The notes under the pieces were generated by a model, which did no database searches, was not told the origin of the DNA, and saw nothing but the letters and a program-made list of their open reading frames with translations. Of a DNA stretch of 64,000 nucleotides, positions 13,586-26,764 are shown one piece after another. How positions within the stretch are numbered: the first letter of the stretch is position 1; each line of letters begins with the position of its first letter. Source of the DNA: Vitrella brassicaformis CCMP3155 (lineage: Eukaryota > Protista > Chromerida); contig CDMY01000305.1 of NCBI GenBank assembly GCA_001179505.1, positions 310,001-374,000 of the forward strand, given 5' to 3'. The translations under genes and the position numbers were made by a program.

Positions 13586-16500
13586 ATGTCGCAGCCCAGT
13601 GGTGTTCCGAGCCAGTCATCCCTCCGGGGACGCCCGGATCGGCAGGCGCCATCGACACTGCCGGCCATCTCGAGCAAGACGCGCCTCGGTGCCGGGTCGT
13701 CCAAGACGCTCGGGGCGGGCGGCTCGTCCACACTGAGCAGGAGCAAGATGAAGTCGTCTAGCACCGATGCCGCCGGGGGAGGTGAGGTGCGCGTGGTGCT
13801 GAATGGGAAGGACGTCACGCCCAGGAGTCTGGTGGCCTTTGCGCATGCGGCGGGGGAGTTGACGACGCCTGACATTGACAAGGAAAGGACACTTGGTAAG
13901 ACCCGATGAATGCATGGACTTGTAGATATGTGTCTGTGTCTGTGTCTCTGTGTGTCTGTCTGTCTGTCTGTCTGTTTTTCGTCATGCAGGTGATGTGGGT
14001 GAGGATTTGGCCGAGCTGGACGAGGGTCTGCCAGGGGAGCCAAAGGGTCTGTCGATGGCCTTCCTGACCACCAAGGAGCGGCCCAAGGACAAGACCAGGG
14101 AGCGGGCGGGACTGTCGCCCGAAGAGCTGGAGAAACCCGTCGCCATCGTGCTGGAGGAGACACCCACCATGACGTTCTTCCACCAGCCCAGCCTGTGCGT
14201 GGCGCTCGACTCTGAGGAATACTCCGTCGTGTCTAGCAGAAACAAAGGTGGGCGAGACACATCTTTCTGCGTCATGTGTCCATGGTCCTCCCCCTCGCTG
14301 TCTGTCTGTCTGTCTGTGTCTGGGCAGTGTATGACGAGCTGATCAAGTCTCATGAGGACGCGGACAAGTTCAACGACCACCACTGCCAGACTCTCAACCT
14401 CCCACAGAAGGTCAAGGAAGTCATGGCCGCGCCCCCACACGCCACAGCAGTGGGCGTCACCGCCTCACCCTTTGAAATCTTCAACGCCTTTGCCCAGGAC
14501 CCTGTCCCAAAGTGGGCCGCCAGATGCAATGCATGTCTTGCCGGTGGGCCGTATCCCATCTCATCCTCCCTCTCTGTGTCTTGTAATGTAGACACGAAGA
14601 GCTGCAGATGGCGTACCAGAGTGACGCCTCAGATCTCATGAGCAAGTCCATCAGCAAGCCCGGGACTCTGGTAGACGTCAATGCGCAGCCCGCAGAGGGC
14701 CCTAGGCTGGGCACGAGGCTGCACAAACACGAGAAGGGCGGGCCGCAGGGACCGCTCAGCGCCACGCTATCGGCACAGAGAATCTCTAAGTGAGCACGCA
14801 CCACTATGGCCGTCTCGTCAATCCCTCTCCCCGTCTGTCTGTCTGTCTGCTCAGAGAGAGTGGTATGTCTCTGACGGTGCCCAAAGCGTCCTTCACCAAG
14901 GCCAGCCGACAGCAGCAGCAGCAGCAGCAGGGCTTGGACCGTGTGAGCGTCTCGTCAGGGTCGCAGAAGCCGCCCAGCGAGGCGGGTGTATCGGACACCC
15001 CCGAGCAGCAGCGGAAGAAGGCCATCAAGGAGGGCGAGGGGACGGACAAGGACGACGCCGCATCGGACTTACCCCTCAAGGAACAGGACGCAATGCCGTG
15101 GCTCGTCGGTGAGTCGGATGGCACATAACATATGGCAGAGAGACGGGAATGCAATGCGTTTGTTTGTGCATGCAGGTGCCGACGAGGTCGTTCCGGCTGA
15201 GCTGAACGAGGCCCTTCGGGTCATGGAACGCATTGTGAGCCAAAACGTCTTCCACGACGCACACATGATCTATCGGTCAGTAGCTACACACACACACGCC
15301 CATCAACCTCCCACACACCTTTCCCCTCTTCATCTACGCACGCAGCAACTACCCCACACTAGAGGAGCTGCAGTCCATCGAAGAGGCCTGCGAGAAGGAC
15401 TTCGCCTCTTCCATGGCGGCCGCCAACAGACGTCGATCGACCCGCCTCGAGAAAAGCGGCGTGGTGGCTGCCAGGGACGCCGCAGCCGAGAGGGAGAGGG
15501 AGGCCAATGGGGGCGGGGGGGAGCATGAGGAGGGGGAGGAAGATGTGGAGGGGGAGGAGGCGCATGGTGGGGGGAAGGTGGACCAGAGCGCGCCGAGACT
15601 GGAGGACCTGTTTTGCTTCGAGTGCCCCAACCTCACTAAGTGAGAGACCCGGGATGGAATGGATGGATGGATGGAGGCTGGTTCTCTAATGTATTCACTC
15701 ACTTTGTGTGTGCAGGGATATGTCAGTCACGTGTGCCGAATGGAATGTTGCAAACCAGGTACACACACATACATACATACGCATGTCTCTATGTCTTGAT
15801 GCGTATACATCTGTGTGTGTGTGTGTGTAGGATCTGTTGGCGGTGGGCTACGGGGAGATGTCAGCGGTGCCGACCGAGGGGCTGGACGGCCTGGTGCTCT
15901 TCTGGTCACTCAAGAACCCCACCTACCCCGAACGAGTCCTCAAGTGAGCACACGCCACGCCAGGCAGTGTTACACCTGTGAATCATGTGCACGCGAACGT
16001 GTGTGTGTATATCAGGACCAAGACGGGCGTGACGGGTCTTCACTTCTCGTCTGTGCATCCCAATCTGGTGGCCGCCGGCACGCACGACGGCACCGTCGCC
16101 ATCTGGGACCTACGGTATGCTCACCTCACCTTCACGTAACACACGATCCATCCTCCCTCCCTGCCTGCCTCTCCCGTCAGTCGTCCGCAGGACCAGCCCA
16201 TATTGGAGAGCGGCGCGTCGATATCGGCCAACAGCGACAGAAAACACACCGACGTCGTATGGGACCTCAAGTAAACCACACAGAGACAGAGACACACACA
16301 CAGAGACAGAGACACACATGAGAAACCACCGATTGCATCTCACACACACTTCCACACACATGTGCAGGTGGGTTGACCAGGGTGCTGACAAAGTGCCCCG
16401 CGAGTTTCTGGCCTCGGTATCGTCTGACGGCCGGGTGTACCAGTGGAAGCTCAAGAAGGGCCTCGAGCAGTCCCTGCTTATGGCGCTCAAGCGCCTGTCC

Positions 16501-17594
16501 AACCCAAGACTCGGAGGCACCAATGTCAAGGAAGGTCCGGCCCGCAGCCATCCATCCATCCACTGTACCATATGCTGGGTGTATTTGGTGTTGGCAGGGG
16601 TGATATTTCGCCAGGCGAGCGGGATGTGCATGGACTTCCCGCGGGGCGACTCGTCGACCTACCTGATCGGCACCGAGGACGGGCTCATCCACAGGTGCTC
16701 CACATCCTACAACGAGCAGTACCTCGACACCTACTACGGACACAGCGGTGAGTCAGGAAAATGCAAATGCCCCCCCCGTGTTTTGAAGAGAGAGAGACCC
16801 ACCCCCTCATATGGCATCCATCCATCTGTCTGTGTGTGTGTAATCAGGTCCTGTGTATCGGGTGCGGTTCAACGACTTCTGGCCTGAGGCGTTTCTCAGC
16901 TGCTCCGCCGACTGGACCATCAAGCTGTGGACGCTCAAACACACTGAGGGGCCTGTCGCCACCTTCCAGGTGTTCTTGTTTTAGCATCTGTCTGTGTGTC
17001 ACATGCGCTTGCTGTGTGTTGTGTGCAGTCGACGGATTTGTTTGACGCCGTGAATGGGCTGACATGGTCGCCGCACAACGCCACAGCATTCGCGGCTGCC
17101 ATGGTGCGTCTCCCTTCTTAGACCCATACGCGTGCGTGCGCTTGTATGTGTATATGTGTGTGTGTGTGTGTCTCCCTCCCTCCCTCCCGCTGCCCTCCCT
17201 GTGTGTGTGTCTGGGGTCAGTCGGACGGTCGTGTGGAGGTGTGGGATCTGTCGATGCACATCCTCGACCCCATGGTGGTCCACTACCCCGGCAAAGCACA
17301 CGTAAGTAACCAACCACACACCACACACACCAGCCATCCACACAAACACACACACAGACAGACACAGACACCACTCTCCGCCGCCGCCTCCTCTCTCCGT
17401 GCCATGGGCAGGGCCGTGAGAACCGTCGGCGAACAGCGGTTCGTTTCGCGTTGAACAGCCCGGTGTTGGTGGCAGGCGACGACCATGGCGGTGTGGAGGT
17501 GATGCGGATGTACAACATGGAGACGCCCAACTACTCCATCAAGGAGCAGCAGGACAGACTCATGGCAGTTGTACATGCGCAAAAGAAAAAGTGA
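13586..17594 (+). CDS. DNAI4: Axonemal inner-arm dynein intermediate chain WDR78/DNAI4 (IC138-like), WD40 protein
   Basis: EELEKPVAIVLEETPTMTFFHQPSLCVALDSEE..RNKVYDEL, ALRVMERIVSQN, DLLAVGYG..FWSLKNPTYPER, IGTEDGLIHRCSTSYNEQYLDTYYGH, SCSADW-type and DGRVEVWDL WD repeats; ends HAQKKK*. Confidence 0.85.
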
Positions 17595-18025
17595 GTGACC
17601 TGTGTGTGTGTGTGTGTGAGTGTGCGTGTGGATTTATGTGTGTGTGTGTTGTTGGGAAGGAAAGCTGTGGGGGGTTGGGTGGCCCGGGGGGGTTGTGCTG
17701 CGTGTTCAATGTCTGTCTGTTTGTTCGCCGTTCGGTTCGGTAATCCCCCGACTCGTGAGTCCATCCATCCACCTGTCAGTTCCAATGATGTTTTTTATGT
17801 GTGTGTGTGTGTGTCGCCATCAGTTCCCTTGTTTCTCTCCATGCACACACATATGTGTCACACTTGGAAGTGTCGCGATGGATAGTGGAACTCGGACATG
17901 GCATTGGCAAGGCGCACCCACCCATCCCTCCATTAAGCGCACACACGCAGATCCCTCCCTCTTCACACACACACACACACACATCCTTTTGCTCGCTGGT
18001 GTGCCTGCCTGCCTGCTTGGCTCGG

Positions 18026-18898
18026 TCAGCGGGCCTGCTTGACAAAACTGATGAACCACCCAGACAGAGACATCGTGAAGGATGAAAAACCCAGCACTGC
18101 ACACACACACACACACACACACATATCGCAGAGAGGGAGAGAGAACGTGTCCGTCCATGAGGGAATCCCTTCCTCGTGAGTCTTGTGAGTGTGCAGCTTT
18201 CAGACAGACAGACCTGCGACGTATCCGGCGTAAGAAAAGTGGGCGTAGGCAATCCGCTGTGGGCCCACGATGCCGCCCATGCCGATGAGCTGCAGCGCCA
18301 GGCCCTCGATGAGCGGACCGATCGTACTGCCGATGAAGGCGCTCACTCCCCATATACCTTCACACACAGAGACAGACAGGTGTCTGTCACTCGCTTTGCC
18401 CTTGGCTGTGTTGTTTTGTGTCCCATTTGCTCACTCACCGAGGTCCTTTGCTGCCGTCTTCCTGTCCGGCAAGCAGTCGAGTGCGAGCGCCAAGTCGACA
18501 GAGAGGTATGCGCCGTTGCCCACGCCGTAGACCACCGCACACACGAAGATCGACGCAACCAAGGCACTGTGTTCGTCCGTCGTCTGAAGGCATATGAATG
18601 ACACACAGAGCATGCCATGCCCCCGTCAGGTCAGTCAGTCTGGTGTGTCATGGTCATGGTGTGTCTGTCATTTGTGTGTGCAGGGTGGGGCGGTAGGGTA
18701 CCCATGGCAGGACGAGGAAAATGACCCAGGTGAGCGACATGAGGAAGCAGGCGAAGTAGACCAGGATCTTCCGGCCGGAGTACTCGCTCAGATAGCCGGC
18801 GGGGAAGGCCACAGCTGCTGCCGCCATCTACACACACAGGACACACACACACACACACACATCCATTCTCCATGTGCCTCTCTGTGTTTCTCTTCTTT

Positions 18899-18932
<34 letters not shown>

Positions 18933-20543
18933 CCTGTCCGAGTAGGGCGATGACTGATATCTGGAACTTGCGCGTCGGCTCGTCCGTCGTCCCGATCACG
19001 TCTCGTAGGTAATACAAAATGAAGCTCTGCCCACTGATGGCCAGATAGTAGAGCGTCCTGCGCCACAACAGATAGCACCACAACACACAACCAGCACAGC
19101 AGCACCTTTCCCTCATGCCCGTGTCTCGATCTCCAACTCTCACCCACCTGGCCACGAAGATCCAGAAGAAGTCTGGGTGTGCATTGCGGTCGATGACGAA
19201 CGATTTGAGGATGTCCCTGCAGGTGATGTCCGCTGGCAGCAGGCACGGTCCCCTCGGCCAGGCCTCGCTGTAGTCCTCGATGGCCGCCAGGCACACCAGC
19301 ACGCACGAGACGAAGATCATCACCGTGTAGACGAAATACAGCACGTGGAAGTCCATATTCTTCGTGTAGCCCACAAAGAGGGAACCTGACACACACACAC
19401 GCACACACACACACACACACGACGCACACACGTGAGAGATGCATCGGGGCCGTGTGTTTGCTGATTTGATTTGCTCACAGACGAACTAACCGAGAGTGGA
19501 TCCGGTAAGGAGGTGGACGGCTACGATGCCTGAGGAGGTGCCCTGGCTTTGTTCGTCGGGCAGCTGGTCGGGGATGAGGCCGGTCTGCGCCGAGTAGATG
19601 ATGTTGGAGCACCCCGACATGAGCGAGAGGAACACCAGCCACAGCACCCTCATGTACATCAGGCTCGCAAACCACATACCCAGAAAACACGCAGCCGTCA
19701 GCAGCCCGCCTGATCACTCGCAGACACAGAGGCAGAGACAGAGAGAGAGAGGCGGAATGATAGACACAGACAGACACATAAGCGCGGATGGGCCCTCCTC
19801 TTGTGTGTACCTATGAAGATGAACGGCCGTCTTTTGCCGAACGGCGAGTAGTATCTGTCCGAGATGGTCCCGAACACCGGGGAGAGAAACTGTGTGAGGC
19901 CGATCATCGTCACGCTGAGGCCGAGGAAGAGCGACTCCTGCTGCGGCCAGAGCCGCACCGCCTCGGCCGGCAACACGTAGAGCGCCAGGGTGGCGTACGC
20001 GAAGCCATAGGGCATGTTGAAGCACGTCAGCCACACCATTAGACCGAGGCGCTTGGCGCGGCTCATGGCGAGCAGCTGCTCGGTGCTGCTGCCGCCCTTG
20101 CGCAGGCGGTAGCCCACACGAGCCGCGTGTGTGGTGGGGCTGGGGGTCATGGTGGTGGGCAGGCCCTCGCCCTTGGAGGGACGACCACCTGCACACATAA
20201 ACCAGCCATCACACACAATGTCTGTCTGTGTGACTCACTGATCGTCTTGCTTCTCCCTCCCTCCCTCCCTCCCTCCCTCCCTGACTCATTCGCTCATTCC
20301 CTCACCCATGAGTGGCGTCCTCTCGCTGTCGCCCGGCGCCCCTTCCGTCCCTCCACTCAGAGCACCAGACGTCCGGGAAGGCTGTCCACCCCGTCCCATG
20401 CTGCCGCTCCGCTGCCGCCACACCAGCTGGGCGGCATCTGCAATGTTGGGTGGGGCTTCACGGGTTGGGTGGCGGGTGGTAGGGTGCTGGGAGGCCGTCG
20501 TCTGGTCAGTGTCCGATACGGGGCTTGTGGGGCTGGGCTCCAT
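18026..20543 (-). CDS. Major facilitator superfamily transporter (GPH/sucrose symporter-like)
   Basis: About 12 hydrophobic segments; loop motif GTISDRYYSPFGKRRPFIFIG; AGYLSEYSGRK in the second half; GAYLSVDLALALDCLP..AAKDLGIWGVS. Confidence 0.88.
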
Positions 20544-20962
20544 GATGATAGCGATGCTGCATGCAGCTATGAAGGGGATGAGAGGAGCGATTGGCACTCG
20601 TCAGGCGTCAATGAGAAGCCAGCGGTGCAAACTTAGTCAGTTGAACAAACAAGTGAACGAACTCAAGTTCTCGTGGGGCTCTGCTTTCCGGTGGAGAGGA
20701 CGGGTCTTTGTTCTTTGTACGGCTCAATGCTGCTTCTGGTAGAGAGCCGAGCGTCCTCCGAGCCTTTGTTGGAAACCCCAGGGTAAAAGCTCGCGACCTT
20801 TCCGGACTGCGAAGGAGATCTGCTCGGCCTTCTTCTCCTCGGTGCCTTGTGAGTGCGTTCCCTGACAGCACACACGCATATCAGCCACCCGGCAGCCCAT
20901 ATCTGGTCGACCAGATCTGCAGTGGTGCGGGTCCACTGCTCTCACCTGCAGCATCTCGACGA

Positions 20963-22941
20963 ATGCTCCTCTTGACGCTTGCAGCATTGGCTCTATTGCC
21001 ATGCTTCACCGCGACTCATCGCAGCACTTCCTACCTGACGTTCATCCCGCCCTCGTCTGTCGCCCGCCCGGGACCACCGAAGAGGAGGTCAGCAGCAGCA
21101 GAGGGCGGGGTGATGCTCAGCGATGCTGCAGGGGGGGCGCAGCCGGGTGATTGTGAGGACTGCGCTGACGTGGCTATGCGGTATTTTGAGGCGTGGAATC
21201 GGCGAGAGATGGACGTGGCCGCAGATCAATTCGCTGAGGATGGGATCTACGAGGATCTTGTCTACCCGGACGCATTTCGGGACAGAGACTCGTTCAAGTG
21301 AGCCAACAAGGGAGAGAGAAAGAGAGAGGCGGCTATCCTCTGTGTGTCTGTGTGTGTGGCTAGCAAGGCGTCACTTGGAGCGCGTCCGTGACCGTGTGCC
21401 GCCATCCGTCCAGTTCGTTGTCGACGGCATCTCCCGGGGCGACGAGCAATTCACGGGCGTGGCGTGGCACGTGGAAATTCAAGGCAGGTACGCTGTCCAG
21501 AGCTCCTGCTGAGCAACCGCTCCATCAATGAATTGGCTCCTTCCTTTGAACTCACGGCATACCATACCATTCGCCCGCAGGTCGTTCCCCAACACCCGTG
21601 GCGCCAGCTTCTACCGCTGCAAGCGGTGCCAGGACGGCCGGCTGCGGCTCGTGTACGGCAGAGACCTCGTGGAGCCTGCTAGTAAACCCGGCGACACGTC
21701 CCTCTTCATCCTCTCTCTGGTCAGCCGCCTTTTCGGGCGCTTCCCATCTCTGCTCGACATGCCGGCGGCAAAGCTGCCCAACTACCTCAAGGACATCGAG
21801 CAGAGGGAGAGGGAGAAGAGCGGAAAGAGCGAGCAGCAGCAGCCGGCAGCAGTGGGGACCGGGGTGCGCCCGGTGAGCTTCGAATCTTCGACGAGTGGGC
21901 CGCTGGGTTGGCTGAAGAGCGGGGGGGCGCTGTGGCTGGGCTATGGCCTGTACGTCTACTTCCTGCTGGTGGGGACGCAGGCGCCCGGCCTGCCGGCGTG
22001 GGCGACGCCCGTATCTGAGTTCGAGAGCTTGCTGAAGCAGTCGCTGGACTTTTGGTTCATCACGCCGATTCTGAAAGGGGTGACGGGGCTGGAGCTGCTG
22101 CCGGCGCCGATGGTGCATCCCGTGACGCTTGGGGTGTTCAACTTCTTTAACGCCTGGTCGTTCTGCCATGCAGGTCAGTCAGTGAGCATGGTGTCCACAT
22201 ACACACACACGCACACACACACACACACATGCACCCACCTGGTCTGTGTCTGTGTGTGTGTGTGTCGTTTGTCTGTTTGTTCGTTGGGGCAGCGTTGATG
22301 TTTAGCGACCCCAAGAGCGAGGGCAAGTTTGACCGGTTCGTCGTCTGGGTGGGCACCATGTTCCTCACAAACTTCTTCTTCCTCCCCTACATGGCCCTGC
22401 GGGCCGGCACGCCCCTCCCCTCACCCCTAAGCAACCTGGCCGAGGCCATCGAGGAGGGCGACCCCAAGTCGCCCATGAGTGGTGCCGTCGAGGCTTTGAC
22501 AAAGCCGTGGGTGGGCTATGTGGGCTTTGTGGTGGGCGTGATCGCTCTTGGCTGGTGAGCAAAGGGAGAGGGAGGGAGGTAGGGAGGGAGAGGGAGTGGG
22601 GTGGTCCATGCTTGTCTGTCTGGTTTTGTGGGAGTGTCTTTCAGGGTCTTTTTGGCGTATCCTGATGGTGGCTTTGGTCCGCCCGGCGAGAGGTGGGGGT
22701 ACCTGCTGAACCAGCTGCAGACCAACCGCATTGAATTCGCTTTCGGTCAGTCAGTGCAGTCAGTGACACACAGAGAATGAAATGAGAGAGTGAGAGGATG
22801 GCGTAAATGGCGTGTGTGTGGGTGGGTGCAGGTGTTGATCTGGTGCTCTACAGCATCTTTCAGAATGTGCTGATCGGGGAAGAGAGCAACAGGTGAGTGA
22901 GATGCCAAGACACCCCAGTACATACACCCCACCCACCATCC

Positions 22942-22974
<33 letters not shown>

Positions 22975-23270
22975 CGCGCGTCAGGTTGCAGCAGCTGGCC
23001 CGGCAGCACAGCCGCCCAGACGTAGAGAGGCGAGTGGAGTCCCTCAAATGGCTCAGGTCAGTCACCACCACCAAGACGCACCAACGCACCAAACACACCA
23101 CACCAAACCAGAGAGTCTCTGTGTGTCTGTGCCCTCCATGTCACGACACATGCAGGTTCATCCCGATGTTTGGCGAGGCGGCGTGGGTGGCCCTCCGGCC
23201 GCAGGAGCAGGACACCCTGCCGCCCGGACAGGGCGGGCGGTCAAGGCGGCAGACAGGGTCAGTCAGCTAG
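20963..23270 (+). CDS. Putative plastid-targeted SnoaL/NTF2-like domain fused to a multi-pass membrane domain
   Basis: Signal peptide MLLLTLAALALLPCFTA plus S/T/R-rich transit-like stretch; YFEAWNRREMD..FAEDGIYEDLVYP..G.AWHVEI..FPNTRGASFY..GRDLVEPASKPGD; hydrophobic C-half with FNFFNAWS and MFLTNFFFLPYMALR. Confidence 0.7.
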
Positions 23271-24143
23271 GGAATAAGCGATAGATGTGTATGGTATGGG
23301 TGAGTGAGTGACGTCGGTGTGCATCATAATGGTGCCTGTGCTCTGCGTTCGCCAAGAGAGGGAGGAAGGCAGGAGGGCTGGCTGATTGATTTGTGTGCTG
23401 TGCTTGTGTGTTGGGTAGACTGATGGATGGATGGATGGCACATTCGTATGACGAGAGCTCGTAGTGGTTTAGACGGGTATCTGTCTAAAGTGGACAACAG
23501 TTTGTGTCCCCATGACACGTGTGTATGCGTCAGTGCGCCAACTCTCTGCAGGCCAAGTTATGAGAAGAGAAGAGAATTCACCGAGCGCACACTTGTCGCC
23601 CAGGTTAGGTTATCCACACATCCATCCATCCATCCACACACACATATACACGGAAACAGTCACTAAAGCAGGCAGCCGACCATTCCATGCAGACAGAGCT
23701 GCACAGAAGGCAGGCACAACAAACAAACAAGGGAACAAGGCAAGCCACACAGGCACACACACAGATAAACAAAGCGGTCCCCCACGCACATAATCACATC
23801 ACGCACGCGAGAAAGGGGAAAAGAAGCGACGAAACGAACCGAAACGAACCCAAAGGAGCTGGCGTGCTCGTTCCTTCTCTATGTGTTGTGCATAAAAAGC
23901 CGTCCCCAAACTTCAGAACGCACAGACAGGCAGACAGGCAGAAGGAAAGACAGACAGACAGACGGACGCACACAGAAAGACAGGCAGGCGTATGCGATGC
24001 GCAAAAGCAACACGGAGGACAACAAGACGAACGGACACGAGCAAGGCGAGGCACACAGGCAGAAAAGCATTCAGGCAAAATCTGCCGACCGGCGATGGGC
24101 AAATCGCCATTGCCGATGCAACACGACACACCATGGATATCGA

Positions 24144-24443
24144 NNNNNNNNNNNNNNNNNNNNNNNNNNNNNNNNNNNNNNNNNNNNNNNNNNNNNNNNN
24201 NNNNNNNNNNNNNNNNNNNNNNNNNNNNNNNNNNNNNNNNNNNNNNNNNNNNNNNNNNNNNNNNNNNNNNNNNNNNNNNNNNNNNNNNNNNNNNNNNNNN
24301 NNNNNNNNNNNNNNNNNNNNNNNNNNNNNNNNNNNNNNNNNNNNNNNNNNNNNNNNNNNNNNNNNNNNNNNNNNNNNNNNNNNNNNNNNNNNNNNNNNNN
24401 NNNNNNNNNNNNNNNNNNNNNNNNNNNNNNNNNNNNNNNNNNN
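24144..24443. other. Assembly gap (300 N)
   Basis: Run of N followed by a poly-C/(CT)n tract. Confidence 0.99.
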
Positions 24444-24758
24444 CCCCCCCCCCCCCCCTCTCTCTCTCTCTCTCTCCCCTCTCTCTCCCTCTCTCTCTCT
24501 CTCTCTCGCGCCCCGTCCCCATTCAATTCACCATCGCTCTCAGTTTTCATCCACTCGCAAAATCAACGAAATGAACGGACAAATAGGCGGACAGCCCATA
24601 CGAACGATGGTCCACCGCCACCAGCCAGACAGACATCGACCCCGGCCGCTTAATTACATCATCAATCGCGCCCACACACCAAGGCGGCCTTCCCCTCTCA
24701 ACATCCCTCCCTCTCTCTGACCCGTATCTTCTTGTACGAGTATGTATGTGTTGTACTG

Positions 24759-26135
24759 TCACACGGTCTTCTTGAGTCCACTGATGGTGGCGTTGGCCGC
24801 CTCGGTGGCCGTCTGGCAGGGGTCCTTCTCCTCCTCCCTCTCCCTCTTGCCGCCCTTGCCGCCCTTGCCCTTGGGTGTGACGATGTAGCGGTTGACGAAG
24901 AAGCGCAAGAAGAGCAGCAGGTACGTGGCGTACATGATCAGGGCGAAGACGGCGTTGAGCGGCCAGGCGCTGCAGCCCACATGGGGGATGTCGGAGGGCA
25001 AAGTCGCGATGGGGAAGACGCGCGTGAACGAGTAGAGGGACACCAGACGGAGAGAGGCGGCCGTCACGCCAACACCTGATGCAGGACAACAACCAACCGA
25101 ACGTCAAACTTGTCAGGTTGCTGTGTGTGAGTGTGTGTGGATGTGTGTGAGGGGGGTGGGGTGCGCACCGATGAACATCTGTGAAACCTGCATGATGGTG
25201 ACGACGATGCCCCACGATAGAGGCCGCTCCAGCACCGCCGCCAGGAAGTAATACGTGTACATCACCGCATGAACTGCGCCCACACGCACACACGCACACA
25301 CACACAAACGTGGTTTGGCTGGCTGGCAATCTTGTCGACCCGCCCGTACGTGACGTACCCGTGTAGTTCATGGCAATGAAGAATATGCCTGTGGGCATCT
25401 CGTTAGCGAATGCGTCCCAGCAGTAGAGGAACACCGTCAGGTGGTGGTACCAATGCAGGAAGCGCAACGGCTTCTTGCGCAAAATCAAAAACAGCGTGTC
25501 CACCATCTCGATGTACTGCACACACACACACACACAACCAGATAGACGCCTTGGCTCGTTCGTTTCTGCCCCTAAGGCTCTTTCGTCATGTGTGACTGAC
25601 TGACCATCACCACCCAACGGACCTTAGAGTAGATGAAAAGAGTGGTCCAGACGCCGGACACGGAGCTGCCATAGGTGAACCCCGCCGGCCCGCAGCTGGT
25701 GAATGTGAAGCCATAGGTCGCCAGCAGGTACAGCAGGTGCGGCACCGTCCTCATTGCCCCCACCACGGAGAACACCGCCAGCGCCAGGTTCCACAGGATG
25801 AGCAGGCCTCTGAGGTTCCACGCCGGCCGCTTGGCCATGTACCTGGTGCCAGCTGTGATGAGCACCAGGTAGAGGAAGGCCGTCAGCAGTCCCAAACCGT
25901 AGATTTGACGCGTGAAGGCGCCCCATGCCCCGCCGAAGAAGGCGCGCTCGCCCGCCGATGCGAGGGGCACCAGGGCGGGGTAGTCGTCCGCCAGGCCTCT
26001 CACGCGCATCCCCTCCTGCGCCCACAAGGCCGTCCAGTCCCCCCGCTCCCACGCAAACGCGTCGACGGCTGCTGCATCGGTGGTGGCGTTGTATGGCGAA
26101 GACAGGATCACGTGGCGCGCCATTGTCGCTGCCAT
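24759..26135 (-). CDS. ELO: Fatty acid elongase (GNS1/SUR4, ELO family), 4 exons
   Basis: FIYSK|YIEMVDTLFLILRKKPLRFLHWYHH (KxxExxDT and HxxHH motifs), MNYTVHAVMYTYY, TIMQVSQMF; C-terminal KKTV* is a KKxx ER-retrieval signal. Confidence 0.96.
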
Positions 26136-26764
26136 TCGCCGCTGGAAACAAAAGAGAGGGGAAAGCGACTGGCTCGCGATTGATGTCTACGCGAGCTCTC
26201 GTCGAGATTCTCGGTGGGGGAGACAGGCGAGACTGGGGGCGGAGAGAGTGAAGGATTTTTGAGAGCCAGTCGGTTTCGCCCGGTGTTCTCCCACGCGCTG
26301 CCCGGCGGCGTGTTGTGTTTGAGATGCCTGTGTTGGACGCACAAGGACGGGCCTCGGGACCTGCGACTCGATCTACGAAAAGAACCCGCCGACGAGAAGG
26401 CTGACATGCAGATGCAGTGGCCCACTACCAGTGGTCTTAGTTATCAGTTGGCACTCCATCAATCCGCCGCATTCGCCCAGTGAGGACCAGCTGGCTCCTG
26501 GAGCGTCTTCTTTGACCCACCGAGGGCCATCCCGCCCATCCAGACGGGCCATGCGCTGTGCCGCATGCGCATGCCAACACGCCATCAGAGCCACCAAGTT
26601 CCTGAATTGCGTAAGCAACATAGGCATCGAAGGACAGACAGAAAGGAGACACACTGTCCTGTGTTGTTCCTCATGCAGGAGATTCTTCGCCCGCCTGACA
26701 CGTTTGTTCGGGGACTGTATGCATTGAGGAGCGGGCATGGTTCTCACTCGTGCTCCTCGTCCTC

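Noticed and set aside
20544-20597. GTG/TTG-initiated N-terminal extensions in the ORF track (e.g. 20597, 4219, 52365, 56838, 26750)
   Set aside because: Prokaryote-style start calls. In this eukaryote the real starts are downstream ATGs or upstream exons.
23687-24720. Long ORFs spanning poly-X stretches (also 31322-31994 and 52331-53073)
   Set aside because: Artefacts of translating through 300-N gaps.
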